64,000 nucleotides of DNA from Bacteroidota bacterium (GTDB lineage Bacteria; Bacteroidota; Ignavibacteria; UBA10030): the NCBI GenBank assembly GCA_035559595.1, contig DATMBF010000020.1, positions 64,505 to 128,504 of the forward strand. The letters are read 5' to 3'. This document shows, piece after piece, positions 1 to 10,050 of the stretch. The position numbers and the translations under genes were made by a program. The notes beneath the pieces were generated by a model, which was given only the letters and a program-made list of their open reading frames with translations, had not been told where the DNA came from and made no database searches. Position 1 is the stretch's first letter, and every line of letters begins with the position of its first letter.

Positions 1-1145
1 GGGGTCGGGCTTTCGCGCTCCATCAGTTCGATGAATTGGGCGAAGAGGTAATCACTATCGTGAGGGCCGGGAGAAGCCTCGGGGTGGTATTGTACGCAGA
101 AGATGGGGAGTTCGCGATGGCGGAAGCCTTCATTCGTTCCGTCATTCAGATTAACATGGGTGATTTCAATCGTCGATGGGTTCAGCGAGTCGGGATCTAC
201 CGCAAATCCATGGTTCTGGGAGGTGATTTCAATTTCATTATTCAACAGATTCTTGACGGGATGGTTAGCGCCGCGATGCCCAAACTTCAACTTGAACGTC
301 TTTCCCCCCAACGCCAGGGCGAGGAGCTGGTGACCTAGGCAAATGCCAAAGATCGGTTTCTTCCCGACCAATTTCTTGATATTCTCGATTGCATATCGAA
401 CCGCTGCTGGATCGCCGGGTCCGTTTGAAAGAAAAACCCCGTCCGGATTCATCTCCAGAGCCACCTCGGCAGGGTAGAACGAAGGCACAACTGTCAAATC
501 ACAACCGTACGAGGTAAGTCGCCGAAGGATATTCTGCTTCACTCCATAATCAAAGACGACGACTTTCCACCGCCTCCCGTTGAATCCTCCCCTCGGTATC
601 GGCTTCAGGGTAAATGGCGTTCGGTCGACGTCATCCCACCGGTACGGTTTATCGGTCGTGACGTTCTTCGTCAAATCGAGTCCGGCCATCCCTGGCGAAG
701 CCTGGGCTTTACGCACGAGACTCTCGTCATTCAGATCTGTCGTCGAGATCACTCCCCGAAGCGCGCCGACGGTTCGAATCATCTTCGTGAGTTTGCGCGT
801 ATCGATTCCCTGAAGCGCCATGATCCCGTGTTCTTTCAACCAATCCCCCAGACTTTTCGTTGCACGAAAGTTGCTGTAGAAATCGAAGTACTCCCTTACG
901 ACGAATCCGCTGACCTGTGGCTTTGTCGACTCGAGGTCTTCAGGATTGATTCCGTAGTTGCCGATGAGTGGATAGGTCATGGTGACAATCTGACCGGCGT
1001 AGGAGGGATCGGTGAGGATCTCCTGATATCCGGTCATGCTCGTATTGAAGACGACTTCACCGACGACTTCACCATGCGCGCCAAACGCTTCACCGGTGAA
1101 CACGGCGCCATTCTCAAGAGCAAGTTTTGCAGTTGTTGATGACAT
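1..1145 (-). CDS. carA: Carbamoyl-phosphate synthase small (glutaminase) subunit, partial; the 3' end lies before the window start
   Basis: Manual reverse-strand translation from the ATG at 1145..1143 gives [56 protein letters not shown]...[15 protein letters not shown]. These are the classic CarA N-terminal and glutaminase catalytic Cys-His motifs. No stop codon occurs in the window, so the gene is absent from the ORF track. Confidence 0.85.
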   Translation of the reverse strand, partial: MSSTTAKLALENGAVFTGEAFGAHGEVVGEVVFNTSMTGYQEILTDPSYAGQIVTMTYPLIGNYGINPEDLESTKPQVSGFVVREYFDFYSNFRATKSLGDWLKEHGIMALQGIDTRKLTKMIRTVGALRGVISTTDLNDESLVRKAQASPGMAGLDLTKNVTTDKPYRWDDVDRTPFTLKPIPRGGFNGRRWKVVVFDYGVKQNILRRLTSYGCDLTVVPSFYPAEVALEMNPDGVFLSNGPGDPAAVRYAIENIKKLVGKKPIFGICLGHQLLALALGGKTFKLKFGHRGANHPVKNLLNNEIEITSQNHGFAVDPDSLNPSTIEITHVNLNDGTNEGFRHRELPIFCVQYHPEASPGPHDSDYLFAQFIELMERESPT

Positions 1146-1295
1146 GGGGGGAAGGAAGGCTCATGAAAAAGATAGCGATAAAAGGAGGTCGAATCAATAC
1201 AACACAATGATAGGCATAAATTTTTGTTCAGCGGACGTCATCTTCATTGGAAGAAGTGTGGCGCGCCAAAGAAACTGTCAAGCTTGCATCGTTGA

Positions 1296-1320
1296 TTCTA
1301 ACTGGAGCAAAGCGTTAGAA
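1296..1320. promoter_or_regulatory. 7-bp perfect inverted repeat TTCTAAC-N11-GTTAGAA upstream of the hrcA promoter; candidate operator, not a CIRCE match
   Basis: Read directly: ttctaac (1296-1302) and gttagaa (1314-1320). It lacks the GCACTC core of CIRCE (TTAGCACTC-N9-GAGTGCTAA). Confidence 0.2.
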
Positions 1321-1358
1321 CCTGTCCATATGGGATGTTCACGACAAAAAACGTTACC

Positions 1359-1387
1359 TTGACAAACGGCCGAAAAATCGTTATAAT
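1359..1387 (+). promoter_or_regulatory. Consensus sigma-70-type promoter for the hrcA-grpE-dnaJ operon
   Basis: TTGACA (1359-1364), then a 17-nt spacer, then TATAAT (1382-1387), lying 26 nt upstream of the hrcA ATG at 1414. Both hexamers match consensus exactly. Confidence 0.5.
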
Positions 1388-1413
1388 TTCTTGATAAATC
1401 ATAGATTTTTCTT

Positions 1414-2463
1414 ATGGTTACGGAGACTTCGCTGGATCAACTGAACGATCGGGAACGGGGCATCCTACGGCATGTCGTCTACAACTACATTCAGACGGCG
1501 ACACCCGTGGGGTCACGCTATATTTCCCGGAGGTTCGAGTCGGGTTTAAGCGCGGCCACCATTCGCAACGTCATGGCCGACCTTGAGGAGCGGGGGTATT
1601 TGTCCCATCCGCACACGTCGGCTGGCCGCATTCCGACTGATCTCGGTTACCGATATTATGTCGATTTTCTGATGGAGGTGGAGCATCTTAGCGAGAACGA
1701 AAAGAAGTCCATCGAAAACCACCTTGTTCAGACTCTCGACCCTGATACCATTCTCCGCGAAACCTCAAAATTACTCAGCAAGATCTCGAAACAGCTCAGT
1801 ATTGTTTCATCTCCCCATATCAGCAGCGGGATTTTCGAGAAACTGGAGCTTATCCCTCTCTCCAGCTCAAAACTTCTCGTTGTTATGTCGATCAGCAAGG
1901 GGCTGATTAAGACGATCATGCTCGAGGTTGGCGTGGAAATCCCGAGGCATGCGCTCGACGATATCTCCCGTAAACTCAATGAAAGACTGAGTGGTTTGCG
2001 CTTGCATGAGATTCGGGATACGTTTGCCGAGCGGATGCGGGATGTTCAGGACGAAAAGAGCGGATTGGTCCGCTTGTTCATCGAATCGGTAGATCATCTT
2101 TTTGCCGACTCGAGAGAGCAGGAAAAGCTCCACATTGCTGGGACACAGAACATCATCGAACAACCGGAATTTGTCGATCCCCAAAAATTCCGCGGCGTTA
2201 TCGAGATGATCGAGAATGAAGAGATCATCGTGCACTTGCTCGAAAAGCACGACGAAATGGAAAAGGAATTCGCCGTGACCATAGGGAGTGAGAACAACGA
2301 TCAAAAAGCGGAAGACTACAGCGTTGTGACTGCTACGTACGACGTGCAGGGTGTGAAAGGAAGGGTCGGAATCATTGGCCCACGTCGCATGAATTACGCG
2401 AAGGTTATTCCCATCGTCGATTACTTTGCAAAAAGTGTTGTGAGATTGTTGAGCAGCTCGTAG
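1414..2463 (+). CDS. hrcA: Heat-inducible transcription repressor HrcA
   Basis: 349 aa. It has an N-terminal winged-helix region (ILRHVVYNYIQTATPVGSRYISRRF) and HrcA-like length and architecture. It is followed directly by grpE and dnaJ. Confidence 0.9.
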   Translation: MVTETSLDQLNDRERGILRHVVYNYIQTATPVGSRYISRRFESGLSAATIRNVMADLEERGYLSHPHTSAGRIPTDLGYRYYVDFLMEVEHLSENEKKSIENHLVQTLDPDTILRETSKLLSKISKQLSIVSSPHISSGIFEKLELIPLSSSKLLVVMSISKGLIKTIMLEVGVEIPRHALDDISRKLNERLSGLRLHEIRDTFAERMRDVQDEKSGLVRLFIESVDHLFADSREQEKLHIAGTQNIIEQPEFVDPQKFRGVIEMIENEEIIVHLLEKHDEMEKEFAVTIGSENNDQKAEDYSVVTATYDVQGVKGRVGIIGPRRMNYAKVIPIVDYFAKSVVRLLSSS

Positions 2464-2475
2464 AGGTTTGTCATT

Positions 2476-3102
2476 ATGGAGGAAGAAAACAAAGCAGTGA
2501 ACAAGGAAGAACAGCAAGCGGCAGACCAGCAACAGAAAACGTCACAGACGGGTGAGGATCTGGCTGCCCAGCTTGAAGAGGCAAAGAAGCAGGCGGAGTA
2601 TTATAAGGACCTGTTTCTCCGCAAGGCAGCCGAGTTCGATAATTATAAAAAACGGCAGGAGAACGAGGCGAGTCTTGTCATCAAGTTTGCCAACGAAGAG
2701 CTCATCAGTGAAATCCTGCCGGTGCTTGACGACTTCGAGCGTTCCCTGAAACTCAGCAAGGACAGGAAGGACCTCGAGACGTTCCATCGCGGAATTGAGC
2801 TGATCTACCAAAAGTTGGTGAAGATTCTGGAGTCCCAGGGAATCAAACCCATCGAAACCGTGGGCAAACCCTTCGATGTGCATTACCATGATGCATTGAT
2901 GCAGATTCCCCGCGAAGATCTCGCCTCCTTCACGATTCTCGAGGAGGTTGAAAAAGGCTACACCTTCCACGATAAGGTCATCCGGCACGCAAAAGTCATT
3001 GTCTCGTCTGCGCCAGCTGGTGAGAACGCCGCCGAGCCGCGCAACGGCGAAACTGCCGAGCCGCAAGCACGGACGGAAAACTCGAACAACTCAGAAGGTT
3101 AG
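2476..3102 (+). CDS. grpE: Nucleotide exchange factor GrpE
   Basis: 208 aa. It has a charged N-terminal tail and the GrpE core (YKDLFLRKAAEFDNYKKRQENE...VLDDFERSL...GKPFDVHYHDALMQI). It sits in the hrcA-grpE-dnaJ order. Confidence 0.9.
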   Translation: MEEENKAVNKEEQQAADQQQKTSQTGEDLAAQLEEAKKQAEYYKDLFLRKAAEFDNYKKRQENEASLVIKFANEELISEILPVLDDFERSLKLSKDRKDLETFHRGIELIYQKLVKILESQGIKPIETVGKPFDVHYHDALMQIPREDLASFTILEEVEKGYTFHDKVIRHAKVIVSSAPAGENAAEPRNGETAEPQARTENSNNSEG

Positions 3103-4278
<1,176 letters not shown>

Positions 4279-4281
4279 TCC

Positions 4282-4695
4282 ATGCTTCAACGATTGAAGG
4301 AATGGCTGGCGCTGACTGAAACCGAGAGGAAAGTCCTTCTCTTCCTCTCGATTACACTGGCGGTTGGCCTGGGGATCAAGTTTTACCGCGCAACATTTCC
4401 GGAGGTGCGCTCGTTCGACTACACTGCCTCCGACAGTACGTTTGCTGTGCTGAGCGCACAAGAAGTCGGAGCGGACGATGGAGAGAGAGTCAAGCCGGGG
4501 GAAAAGCTGGATATTAACAAAGCGACGAAAGCTCAGTTAATGAAGCTCCCGGGCATCGGCGAGGTGACGGCAGAAAGAATTCTGATCTACCGTGAGGAAG
4601 TCGGGAGGATCAACAACCTCGAGGAGCTCAGAACAATCAAAGGTATCACCGCAAAGAGATTCAATCAACTCAAGAACTACATCACTCTTCACTAG
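4282..4695 (+). CDS. ComEA-like helix-hairpin-helix DNA-binding protein with an N-terminal membrane anchor
   Basis: 137 aa. It has an N-terminal hydrophobic segment and a C-terminal tandem HhH (DINKATKAQLMKLPGIGEVTAERILIYREE...LRTIKGITAKRFNQL), typical of competence protein ComEA. Confidence 0.6.
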   Translation: MLQRLKEWLALTETERKVLLFLSITLAVGLGIKFYRATFPEVRSFDYTASDSTFAVLSAQEVGADDGERVKPGEKLDINKATKAQLMKLPGIGEVTAERILIYREEVGRINNLEELRTIKGITAKRFNQLKNYITLH

Positions 4696-4718
4696 AATCC
4701 ACCCCGCTCGGAGGAACA

Positions 4719-5183
4719 ATGTCCATCTATCACGAATCCAAGGGCTCTCCTGTTCTCAAAGCCATCATCGTCGTTCTTCTGGGAGTCCTCCTCTACGTCC
4801 TGTATGAACCATATCAGGTTCGCGAACGAGAAGAGAATTACAAGAAGGAATCCCGCCTGCGGATGATGAACATCCGAACAGCGCAGTTGCAGTACATCTC
4901 CGAAAAGGGAGTGTACGCGAATAGCCTCGATACCCTGGTGGCATTTGTTAAAGAAAAACTTGCGGCGGGCGCCATTGACCCATCGATCTTCAAACCGCTC
5001 TCGCATGGTGCATTCACCCCCGATTCCTTATTGAAAACGCCGAAGTCCCAACGGCCCTACTCGTTGCAAACAGTCGAACAAACTGTGATCAAGAAGTATT
5101 TGCTCGAAGATCCCGACGGGTATGGATCGATTGGCTCGCTGACAGATGACACGCGTGTGAACAAAGCCTCCTGGGAAGAATGA
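4719..5183 (+). CDS. Hypothetical membrane-anchored protein
   Basis: 154 aa. It has a single N-terminal transmembrane helix (AIIVVLLGVLLYVLY), no recognised catalytic motifs and no prepilin cleavage motif. It is tightly packed between the comEA-like and PilM-like genes. Confidence 0.4.
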   Translation: MSIYHESKGSPVLKAIIVVLLGVLLYVLYEPYQVREREENYKKESRLRMMNIRTAQLQYISEKGVYANSLDTLVAFVKEKLAAGAIDPSIFKPLSHGAFTPDSLLKTPKSQRPYSLQTVEQTVIKKYLLEDPDGYGSIGSLTDDTRVNKASWEE

Positions 5184-5231
5184 CTCACGACGCGAGGCTG
5201 AAGTGCTAATGCTGTGAACCACCACGTCTAG

Positions 5232-6149
5232 ATGAAAACACATCGATCGCTCGGTGTTTCCTTTTACCGCGGTAACATCCAGATTGCAGAAGTGGAGCAG
5301 AAGAAACCGGCTCTCACTGCTCTAGCGGAAGGAACCACCGGACTGGATATCGCAGCGGCGGGAACCGACCTCGCCCCGGATCATCCTCAGCTTGTCGACT
5401 TCATCGACAACCTCAAGCAGCTCCTGAAAAGCGCTAAAGTCGGTTCGAAGACGATTTCTTTCGCCCTTCCGCCGGAGTCGATGTTCATCAACTCCATTCC
5501 GGTCGATGTTACGCTCAAAGGTCCTGAGCTCACATCCTACCTCCAATGGGAAATCCAACAGTACTTCCCGAACGCAGGTCCTAAAGACTTCATCACCGAT
5601 TTCCATGCTCTTCCCCACAAATTACAGGGCGCAAAGCAGACGTTCGTTGTTTCGGTGAAACGTGGGGTCGTCGGGTTTCTCCAGAATGTTGCCGCCGGCG
5701 TGGGCCTCCAGCTTGCCGTCATCGATATCGATCATTTCAGCACGGAGAAAACCTTGCGGGTCAACTATCCGGAAATCGCTGCCCATACGGTGGCATTATT
5801 CGGAATCCGAAAAGGCGCCCTCGATGCGAGTCTGGTGCATAAATACGAAATGATCGATTATCGGCCGTACGTTGCAACGACGCCCGAAGAGATCCACAAA
5901 GCGGTGCTCCACTATGTCAAGTACCTCAAACAGCGTGACGGCATTGGAACACCAGAGGCCTTGATTCTGCATGGGATGGAAGTCCCCCGTGAGATTCTCA
6001 AACCGCTGCATGAGGAGTCCGGCATTCAGGCCCTTGCCTTCAACGCAATGCGAAAGCTTACGACACCTGACAAGCTCAAGACTGCATTCGGCAAGGAAAG
6101 CTATCGATTTACCGCTGCCATAGGACTCGCCCTCCGAACACCTCAATGA
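5232..6149 (+). CDS. PilM-like actin-fold (ASKHA) protein, hypothetical
   Basis: 305 aa. The layout resembles type IV pilus assembly protein PilM / competence protein ComA (LGVSFYRGNIQIAEV...ISFALPPESMFINSIPV...QWEIQQYFP...VVSVKRGVVGFLQNV...LAVIDIDHFS). Its stop overlaps the rsmD start. Confidence 0.4.
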   Translation: MKTHRSLGVSFYRGNIQIAEVEQKKPALTALAEGTTGLDIAAAGTDLAPDHPQLVDFIDNLKQLLKSAKVGSKTISFALPPESMFINSIPVDVTLKGPELTSYLQWEIQQYFPNAGPKDFITDFHALPHKLQGAKQTFVVSVKRGVVGFLQNVAAGVGLQLAVIDIDHFSTEKTLRVNYPEIAAHTVALFGIRKGALDASLVHKYEMIDYRPYVATTPEEIHKAVLHYVKYLKQRDGIGTPEALILHGMEVPREILKPLHEESGIQALAFNAMRKLTTPDKLKTAFGKESYRFTAAIGLALRTPQ

Positions 6150-6742
6150 GAATTATCGCCGGGACGTACAAAGGCAGGCCACTGGTTTCCGTCCGCGATC
6201 GCTCCGTGCGCCCCACCACTGGCCGTGCCAAAAAAACCATTTTCGATATCTTGCAACACAGAATCGATTTCTCTGGCAAATCCGTTCTTGACCTCTTTGC
6301 CGGTAGCGGAAGTCTTGGACTCGAAGCGTTGAGTCGCGGTGCGGAGTCCGTCGTCTTCGTTGAGAATTCCTCAAGGTCGATCGCTGTGCTCGAAAAGAAC
6401 ATCAGGGCTCTTAACTGCGAAAGCCAATGCACGGTCTATCGGGCGGACGTCTTTTGGTTCCTCAAAACTTATCGTAGGACGTTCGACGTGATTTTTGTCG
6501 ATCCTCCCTATACGCTAGAAACTCTTGGTCTTCTCCCCGGAGCAATTGGCAACTCCAACGTCATCCGACCCAATACCTATGTTGTTATGGAGCACAGCAA
6601 GGAAACCCCCGTCGACATTCCGGCAGAGTCATTCGAAGTCATCCGCAAGCCTTTCGGGCAAACGATGGTCCTGATTCTTAGATTCCGAGTTTCTCCTCCC
6701 GTACCCTCTACACATCGAGACACCTTGAAGGAGTCTGTATGA
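6146..6742 (+). CDS. rsmD: 16S rRNA (guanine966-N2)-methyltransferase RsmD
   Basis: It carries the SAM-binding motif DLFAGSGSLGLEALSRGA and the DPPY motif (IFVDPPY). The rsmD-coaD adjacency is conserved. Confidence 0.8.
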   Translation: MRIIAGTYKGRPLVSVRDRSVRPTTGRAKKTIFDILQHRIDFSGKSVLDLFAGSGSLGLEALSRGAESVVFVENSSRSIAVLEKNIRALNCESQCTVYRADVFWFLKTYRRTFDVIFVDPPYTLETLGLLPGAIGNSNVIRPNTYVVMEHSKETPVDIPAESFEVIRKPFGQTMVLILRFRVSPPVPSTHRDTLKESV

Positions 6743-7215
6743 AAATTGCCATCTACCCGGGTTCGTTCGATCCTATCACAAATGGGCATCTCGATATTCT
6801 CGAACGCGCACTCAGACTGTTCGATAAAGTCATTATCACCATTGCTCGCAATGCAGCGAAGACCCCCTTGTTCACCGAAGCGGAGAGACTGGAAATGATT
6901 CGCGAGGTAGTAAAGGAGTTCAAGAACGTGGAGGTGGATTCGTTTGAAGGGCTCCTTGTCGATTATGCGCGGAAGCAGAACGCCACGGCTGTTGTTCGAG
7001 GCCTCCGCGCCATTTCCGATTTTGAATACGAACTCCAAATGGCGTTGATGAACAGAAAACTCAATGACTCGCTCGTCACCGTGTTCCTCATGCCCAATGA
7101 GAAATATACATATCTCAACTCCACCATCGTTAGGGAGATTGCACGGCTTGGCGGTGACATCAACGGCTTCGTCCCGGCAGTCGTCCAGAAAGCATTCGCT
7201 CGCAAACTGAAGTAA
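6739..7215 (+). CDS. coaD: Phosphopantetheine adenylyltransferase
   Basis: MKIAIYPGSFDPITNGHLDI contains the HxGH nucleotidyltransferase motif. It is 158 aa and overlaps rsmD by 4 nt. Confidence 0.9.
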   Translation: MKIAIYPGSFDPITNGHLDILERALRLFDKVIITIARNAAKTPLFTEAERLEMIREVVKEFKNVEVDSFEGLLVDYARKQNATAVVRGLRAISDFEYELQMALMNRKLNDSLVTVFLMPNEKYTYLNSTIVREIARLGGDINGFVPAVVQKAFARKLK

Positions 7216-7219
7216 CCCC

Positions 7220-8422
7220 ATGCGACTCCTTTCGGCAAAAGTTCAAGCACTCAAGGAATCGAAGACTCTCGCCCTCTCCGCGCGTGCAAAGCGGATGAAA
7301 GCTGAGGGGATTGATGTCGTCAGCCTGACAGCGGGGGAGCCGGACTTCCCTACACCGGAGGCTATCAAGAAGGCGGCGATTCAGGCGATCAACGAGAATT
7401 TCACCAAGTATACTGCCAACGCCGGAATGCCGGAACTCCTGAAAGCTATCGCGGAAAAGCTGAGGCGGGAAAACAACATCAGGGTCGAGCCATCCGGCGT
7501 CATCGTCTCAAACGGTGCCAAGCATTCGGTGTACAATGCACTGCAAGCCATCTGTGACCGGGGCGACGAGGTTCTTATCCCGGCACCCTATTGGGTCAGT
7601 TATCCCGAGATCGCAAAGCTTGTCGATGCTAAACCCGTGATTCTAAGAACGAATCCGGCCGACCAATTCAAGCTCACGCCAAAACAGTTGAGGAAGGCAA
7701 TCGGGCGCCGCTCGCGAGTACTCATCCTGAACTCCCCCTGCAATCCAACAGGAGCTGTGTACACTCCAGAGGAGATCGAAGCCCTCGCCGAGGTCGTTGA
7801 AGCATCTAAGCTTTTCGTTATTTCGGACGAGATTTATGAAAAAGTGCTCTACGATGGAGCCAGGCACTTCAGCATAGGTTCGATTGAAACCCTTCGCGAT
7901 CGAGTCATTACGGTCAACGGCGTATCCAAAGCCTTCTCCATGACCGGCTGGCGCATCGGCTATGCAGCGGGGCAAACGAACATTATTGCTGCAATGGATA
8001 AGATTCAGGGTCAAGTAACATCGAACGCATCATCGATCTCACAGCGTGCCGCCCTTTCTGCGCTCACAAACAACCTGGAGCGGGAGATCGAGTCTATGGT
8101 TCGTGAGTTTGGCCGCAGGCGACGATTCTTGATTGAGGAATTCAGAAAGATCGACGGCATTAGCTTCGTCCACCCCAGTGGTGCATTTTATCTCTTCTTC
8201 AATGTAAAGTCTTACCTGGGCGTGAGGAACAAAGCATTGCGCTTCAACAATGCAGACGATCTCTGCGAACACTTTCTCGTTCAACACAAGGTCGCGATGG
8301 TACCCGGTACCAGCTTCGGTGCGAAGGAGTGGGTTCGCATTTCGTATGCCTGTTCGATGGACGAGTTACGCAAGGGTGTCGAGCGATTGCAGAGCGGTTT
8401 CAGTCAACTCCAACGAGGATAA
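7220..8422 (+). CDS. Class I/II PLP-dependent aminotransferase (aspartate aminotransferase-like)
   Basis: 400 aa. It has the PLP-lysine context (VNGVSKAFSMTGWRIGY) and the typical AAT fold I motifs (SPCNPTG, PAPYWVSYPE). Confidence 0.85.
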   Translation: MRLLSAKVQALKESKTLALSARAKRMKAEGIDVVSLTAGEPDFPTPEAIKKAAIQAINENFTKYTANAGMPELLKAIAEKLRRENNIRVEPSGVIVSNGAKHSVYNALQAICDRGDEVLIPAPYWVSYPEIAKLVDAKPVILRTNPADQFKLTPKQLRKAIGRRSRVLILNSPCNPTGAVYTPEEIEALAEVVEASKLFVISDEIYEKVLYDGARHFSIGSIETLRDRVITVNGVSKAFSMTGWRIGYAAGQTNIIAAMDKIQGQVTSNASSISQRAALSALTNNLEREIESMVREFGRRRRFLIEEFRKIDGISFVHPSGAFYLFFNVKSYLGVRNKALRFNNADDLCEHFLVQHKVAMVPGTSFGAKEWVRISYACSMDELRKGVERLQSGFSQLQRG

Positions 8423-8835
8423 TGGTGAAAAGCGCAGCAAAGCACCGAATCGCCTTTGTTGCCCTTAGCGTCTGGTTCTCTGCATGCTCTTCAACGGGAG
8501 AGGTTGACGGTCAGAACTCCGTAATGATCGAACAACTTTTCTTCGGCAGGAATCTCCATGGAGTTGAGGTTGTGAGCGATTCGGCGTGGTCGATATTTCT
8601 CGAAACGATCGTAACGCCCAGGTTTCCCAGCGGTTTCACCGTCTGGCAGGCAGAAGGTCAGTGGCTGGCATCGGGAAGTCAACTGGAAAAAGAACGGAGC
8701 TTTGTGCTGATGATTGTTAGGCCTCAGAGCGCTACGCTTGAGGAGGAGATCAAAGCAATCATAGCAGAATACAAGAAGAGATTTCAACAGGAGGCGGTGC
8801 TACGCCTGACGTTTTTGGGACGCGCGTTCTTTTGA
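8422..8835 (+). CDS. Hypothetical lipoprotein
   Basis: The start MVKSAAKHRIAFVALSVWFSACSS carries a lipobox-like FSAC. The ATG at 8422 overlaps the aminotransferase stop by 1 nt. The ORF track's longer frame (from 8329) lies inside the aminotransferase gene. Confidence 0.45.
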   Translation: MVKSAAKHRIAFVALSVWFSACSSTGEVDGQNSVMIEQLFFGRNLHGVEVVSDSAWSIFLETIVTPRFPSGFTVWQAEGQWLASGSQLEKERSFVLMIVRPQSATLEEEIKAIIAEYKKRFQQEAVLRLTFLGRAFF

Positions 8836-8844
8836 GGAGAGTTT

Positions 8845-9129
8845 ATGCCCACCTACGACTATCAATGCAAGAACTGTGGACACACTTTTGAGGAATTCCA
8901 ATCGATATCGGCAGACCGGCTGGTTGTCTGTCCGAAATGCGGCCAGCCGTCTCTGAAACGCATCCTTGCCGGAGGATCGGGAATGATCTTCAAAGGAAGC
9001 GGATTCTACTTGACCGACTACAAGAAGGGGGGCGGAGAAAGCAAGCCCGCTGAAAAGAAGTCCACGGAATCGAAATCCGAGCCGAAAGAACCGAAGAAAG
9101 AAACGAAGAAGGGAAGCGATCCAGCGTAG
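8845..9129 (+). CDS. FmdB-family zinc-ribbon protein with a K/E-rich C-terminal tail
   Basis: The start MPTYDYQCKNCGHTFEEF...CPKCG is the canonical FmdB/CxxC..CxxC putative regulatory zinc ribbon, followed by a lysine/glutamate-rich tail. Confidence 0.7.
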   Translation: MPTYDYQCKNCGHTFEEFQSISADRLVVCPKCGQPSLKRILAGGSGMIFKGSGFYLTDYKKGGGESKPAEKKSTESKSEPKEPKKETKKGSDPA

Positions 9130-9159
9130 TTCAACCGGATAACATTTGCAACAAGCGAT

Positions 9160-10047
9160 TCACCGTGCCTGCAGTTCAAGAGCCATCACTACTCCAAGAA
9201 TACCGATCACCACCTCGGCAAGGAAATCATAGTTTATCGTCTCTTCTGTGTCCGTGTGAGCATGATAATGCGGATTACGGAGAAAAGCCGTGTCGGTCAC
9301 CATCAGTGCGGGATAGCGATACTTCCAGAATGAGGAATGGTCGGAAAGAAAGAGAGGTGGAATGAACCCGGGGGCAGAAAGCGTCTCCACCCCGATTTTG
9401 CACGACTCCTTCATTGCCCGCTTTGCAAGCCTCAGAAGTCCCAGACTCCGAAGATTCCCGACCAAAGCGATATAATCACCAAACCGCGGATACCTTCCTA
9501 ACTGACGTAGCAACGGAAATGGGTACACCTGTGACATTTGCTGTCCGGCATAGCCGATCATTTCCAGCGATAACATCCCCACGACATTCACCGCCTCGGT
9601 TCGCAGTTTTCGCGCATACTGCCTGCTCCCCATCAGCCGCGTGTAGAAATAGGGCGGCTCTTCATGTGCGAATGCAACAAAATCGATTGTGAGATTCCCG
9701 TTCCAGTCGCGAAGCAAACGGGCGAGCTCCAGAAGTCCGGCAACACCACTTGCGTTGTCGTCTGCTCCGGGGGTACCAAGAACCGTATCATAATGAGCTC
9801 CAAGAACAATCCGCCTTGGCCCGCTGCCTTTTGTTTGCGCAATGAGATTTCGGACGGGAACTCCGTCAGCCGTATATTCCTGCTTTGTGACGGGATATCC
9901 GAGTTTTTCGAATTCCTGCTCGATGAATCTTGCAGCCCCTTCGAGCACAGACGGATTCAAACCACTGCGCGAAGGAAATCCACCAGCCAGCGTTGAAATG
10001 ATCCGCTTGGCATTTCCGGCAATCTCTTTTACATCAGCAGAATTCAT
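9160..10047 (-). CDS. M28-family zinc peptidase (aminopeptidase-like)
   Basis: LGAHYDTVLGTPGADDNASGVAGLLELARLL contains the M28 metal-binding motifs. It is 295 aa. Confidence 0.75.
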   Translation of the reverse strand: MNSADVKEIAGNAKRIISTLAGGFPSRSGLNPSVLEGAARFIEQEFEKLGYPVTKQEYTADGVPVRNLIAQTKGSGPRRIVLGAHYDTVLGTPGADDNASGVAGLLELARLLRDWNGNLTIDFVAFAHEEPPYFYTRLMGSRQYARKLRTEAVNVVGMLSLEMIGYAGQQMSQVYPFPLLRQLGRYPRFGDYIALVGNLRSLGLLRLAKRAMKESCKIGVETLSAPGFIPPLFLSDHSSFWKYRYPALMVTDTAFLRNPHYHAHTDTEETINYDFLAEVVIGILGVVMALELQAR

Positions 10048-10050
10048 AGC

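Noticed and set aside
1296-1320. Possible CIRCE element upstream of hrcA
   Set aside because: The dyad TTCTAAC-N11-GTTAGAA does not match CIRCE (TTAGCACTC-N9-GAGTGCTAA) in sequence or spacer. It is kept only as a low-confidence candidate operator, not called as CIRCE.
36-1362. Several short plus-strand ORFs (36..338, 103..333, 580..813, 828..1139, 1036..1362)
   Set aside because: They overlap or lie antisense to the partial carA gene that is read on the minus strand from 1145 to the window edge. carA is missing from the ORF track only because it has no in-window stop.
9000-9129. Low-complexity K/E-rich coding stretch
   Set aside because: It is the C-terminal tail of the FmdB-family zinc-ribbon protein. 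It is simple compositional bias, not a repeat element.
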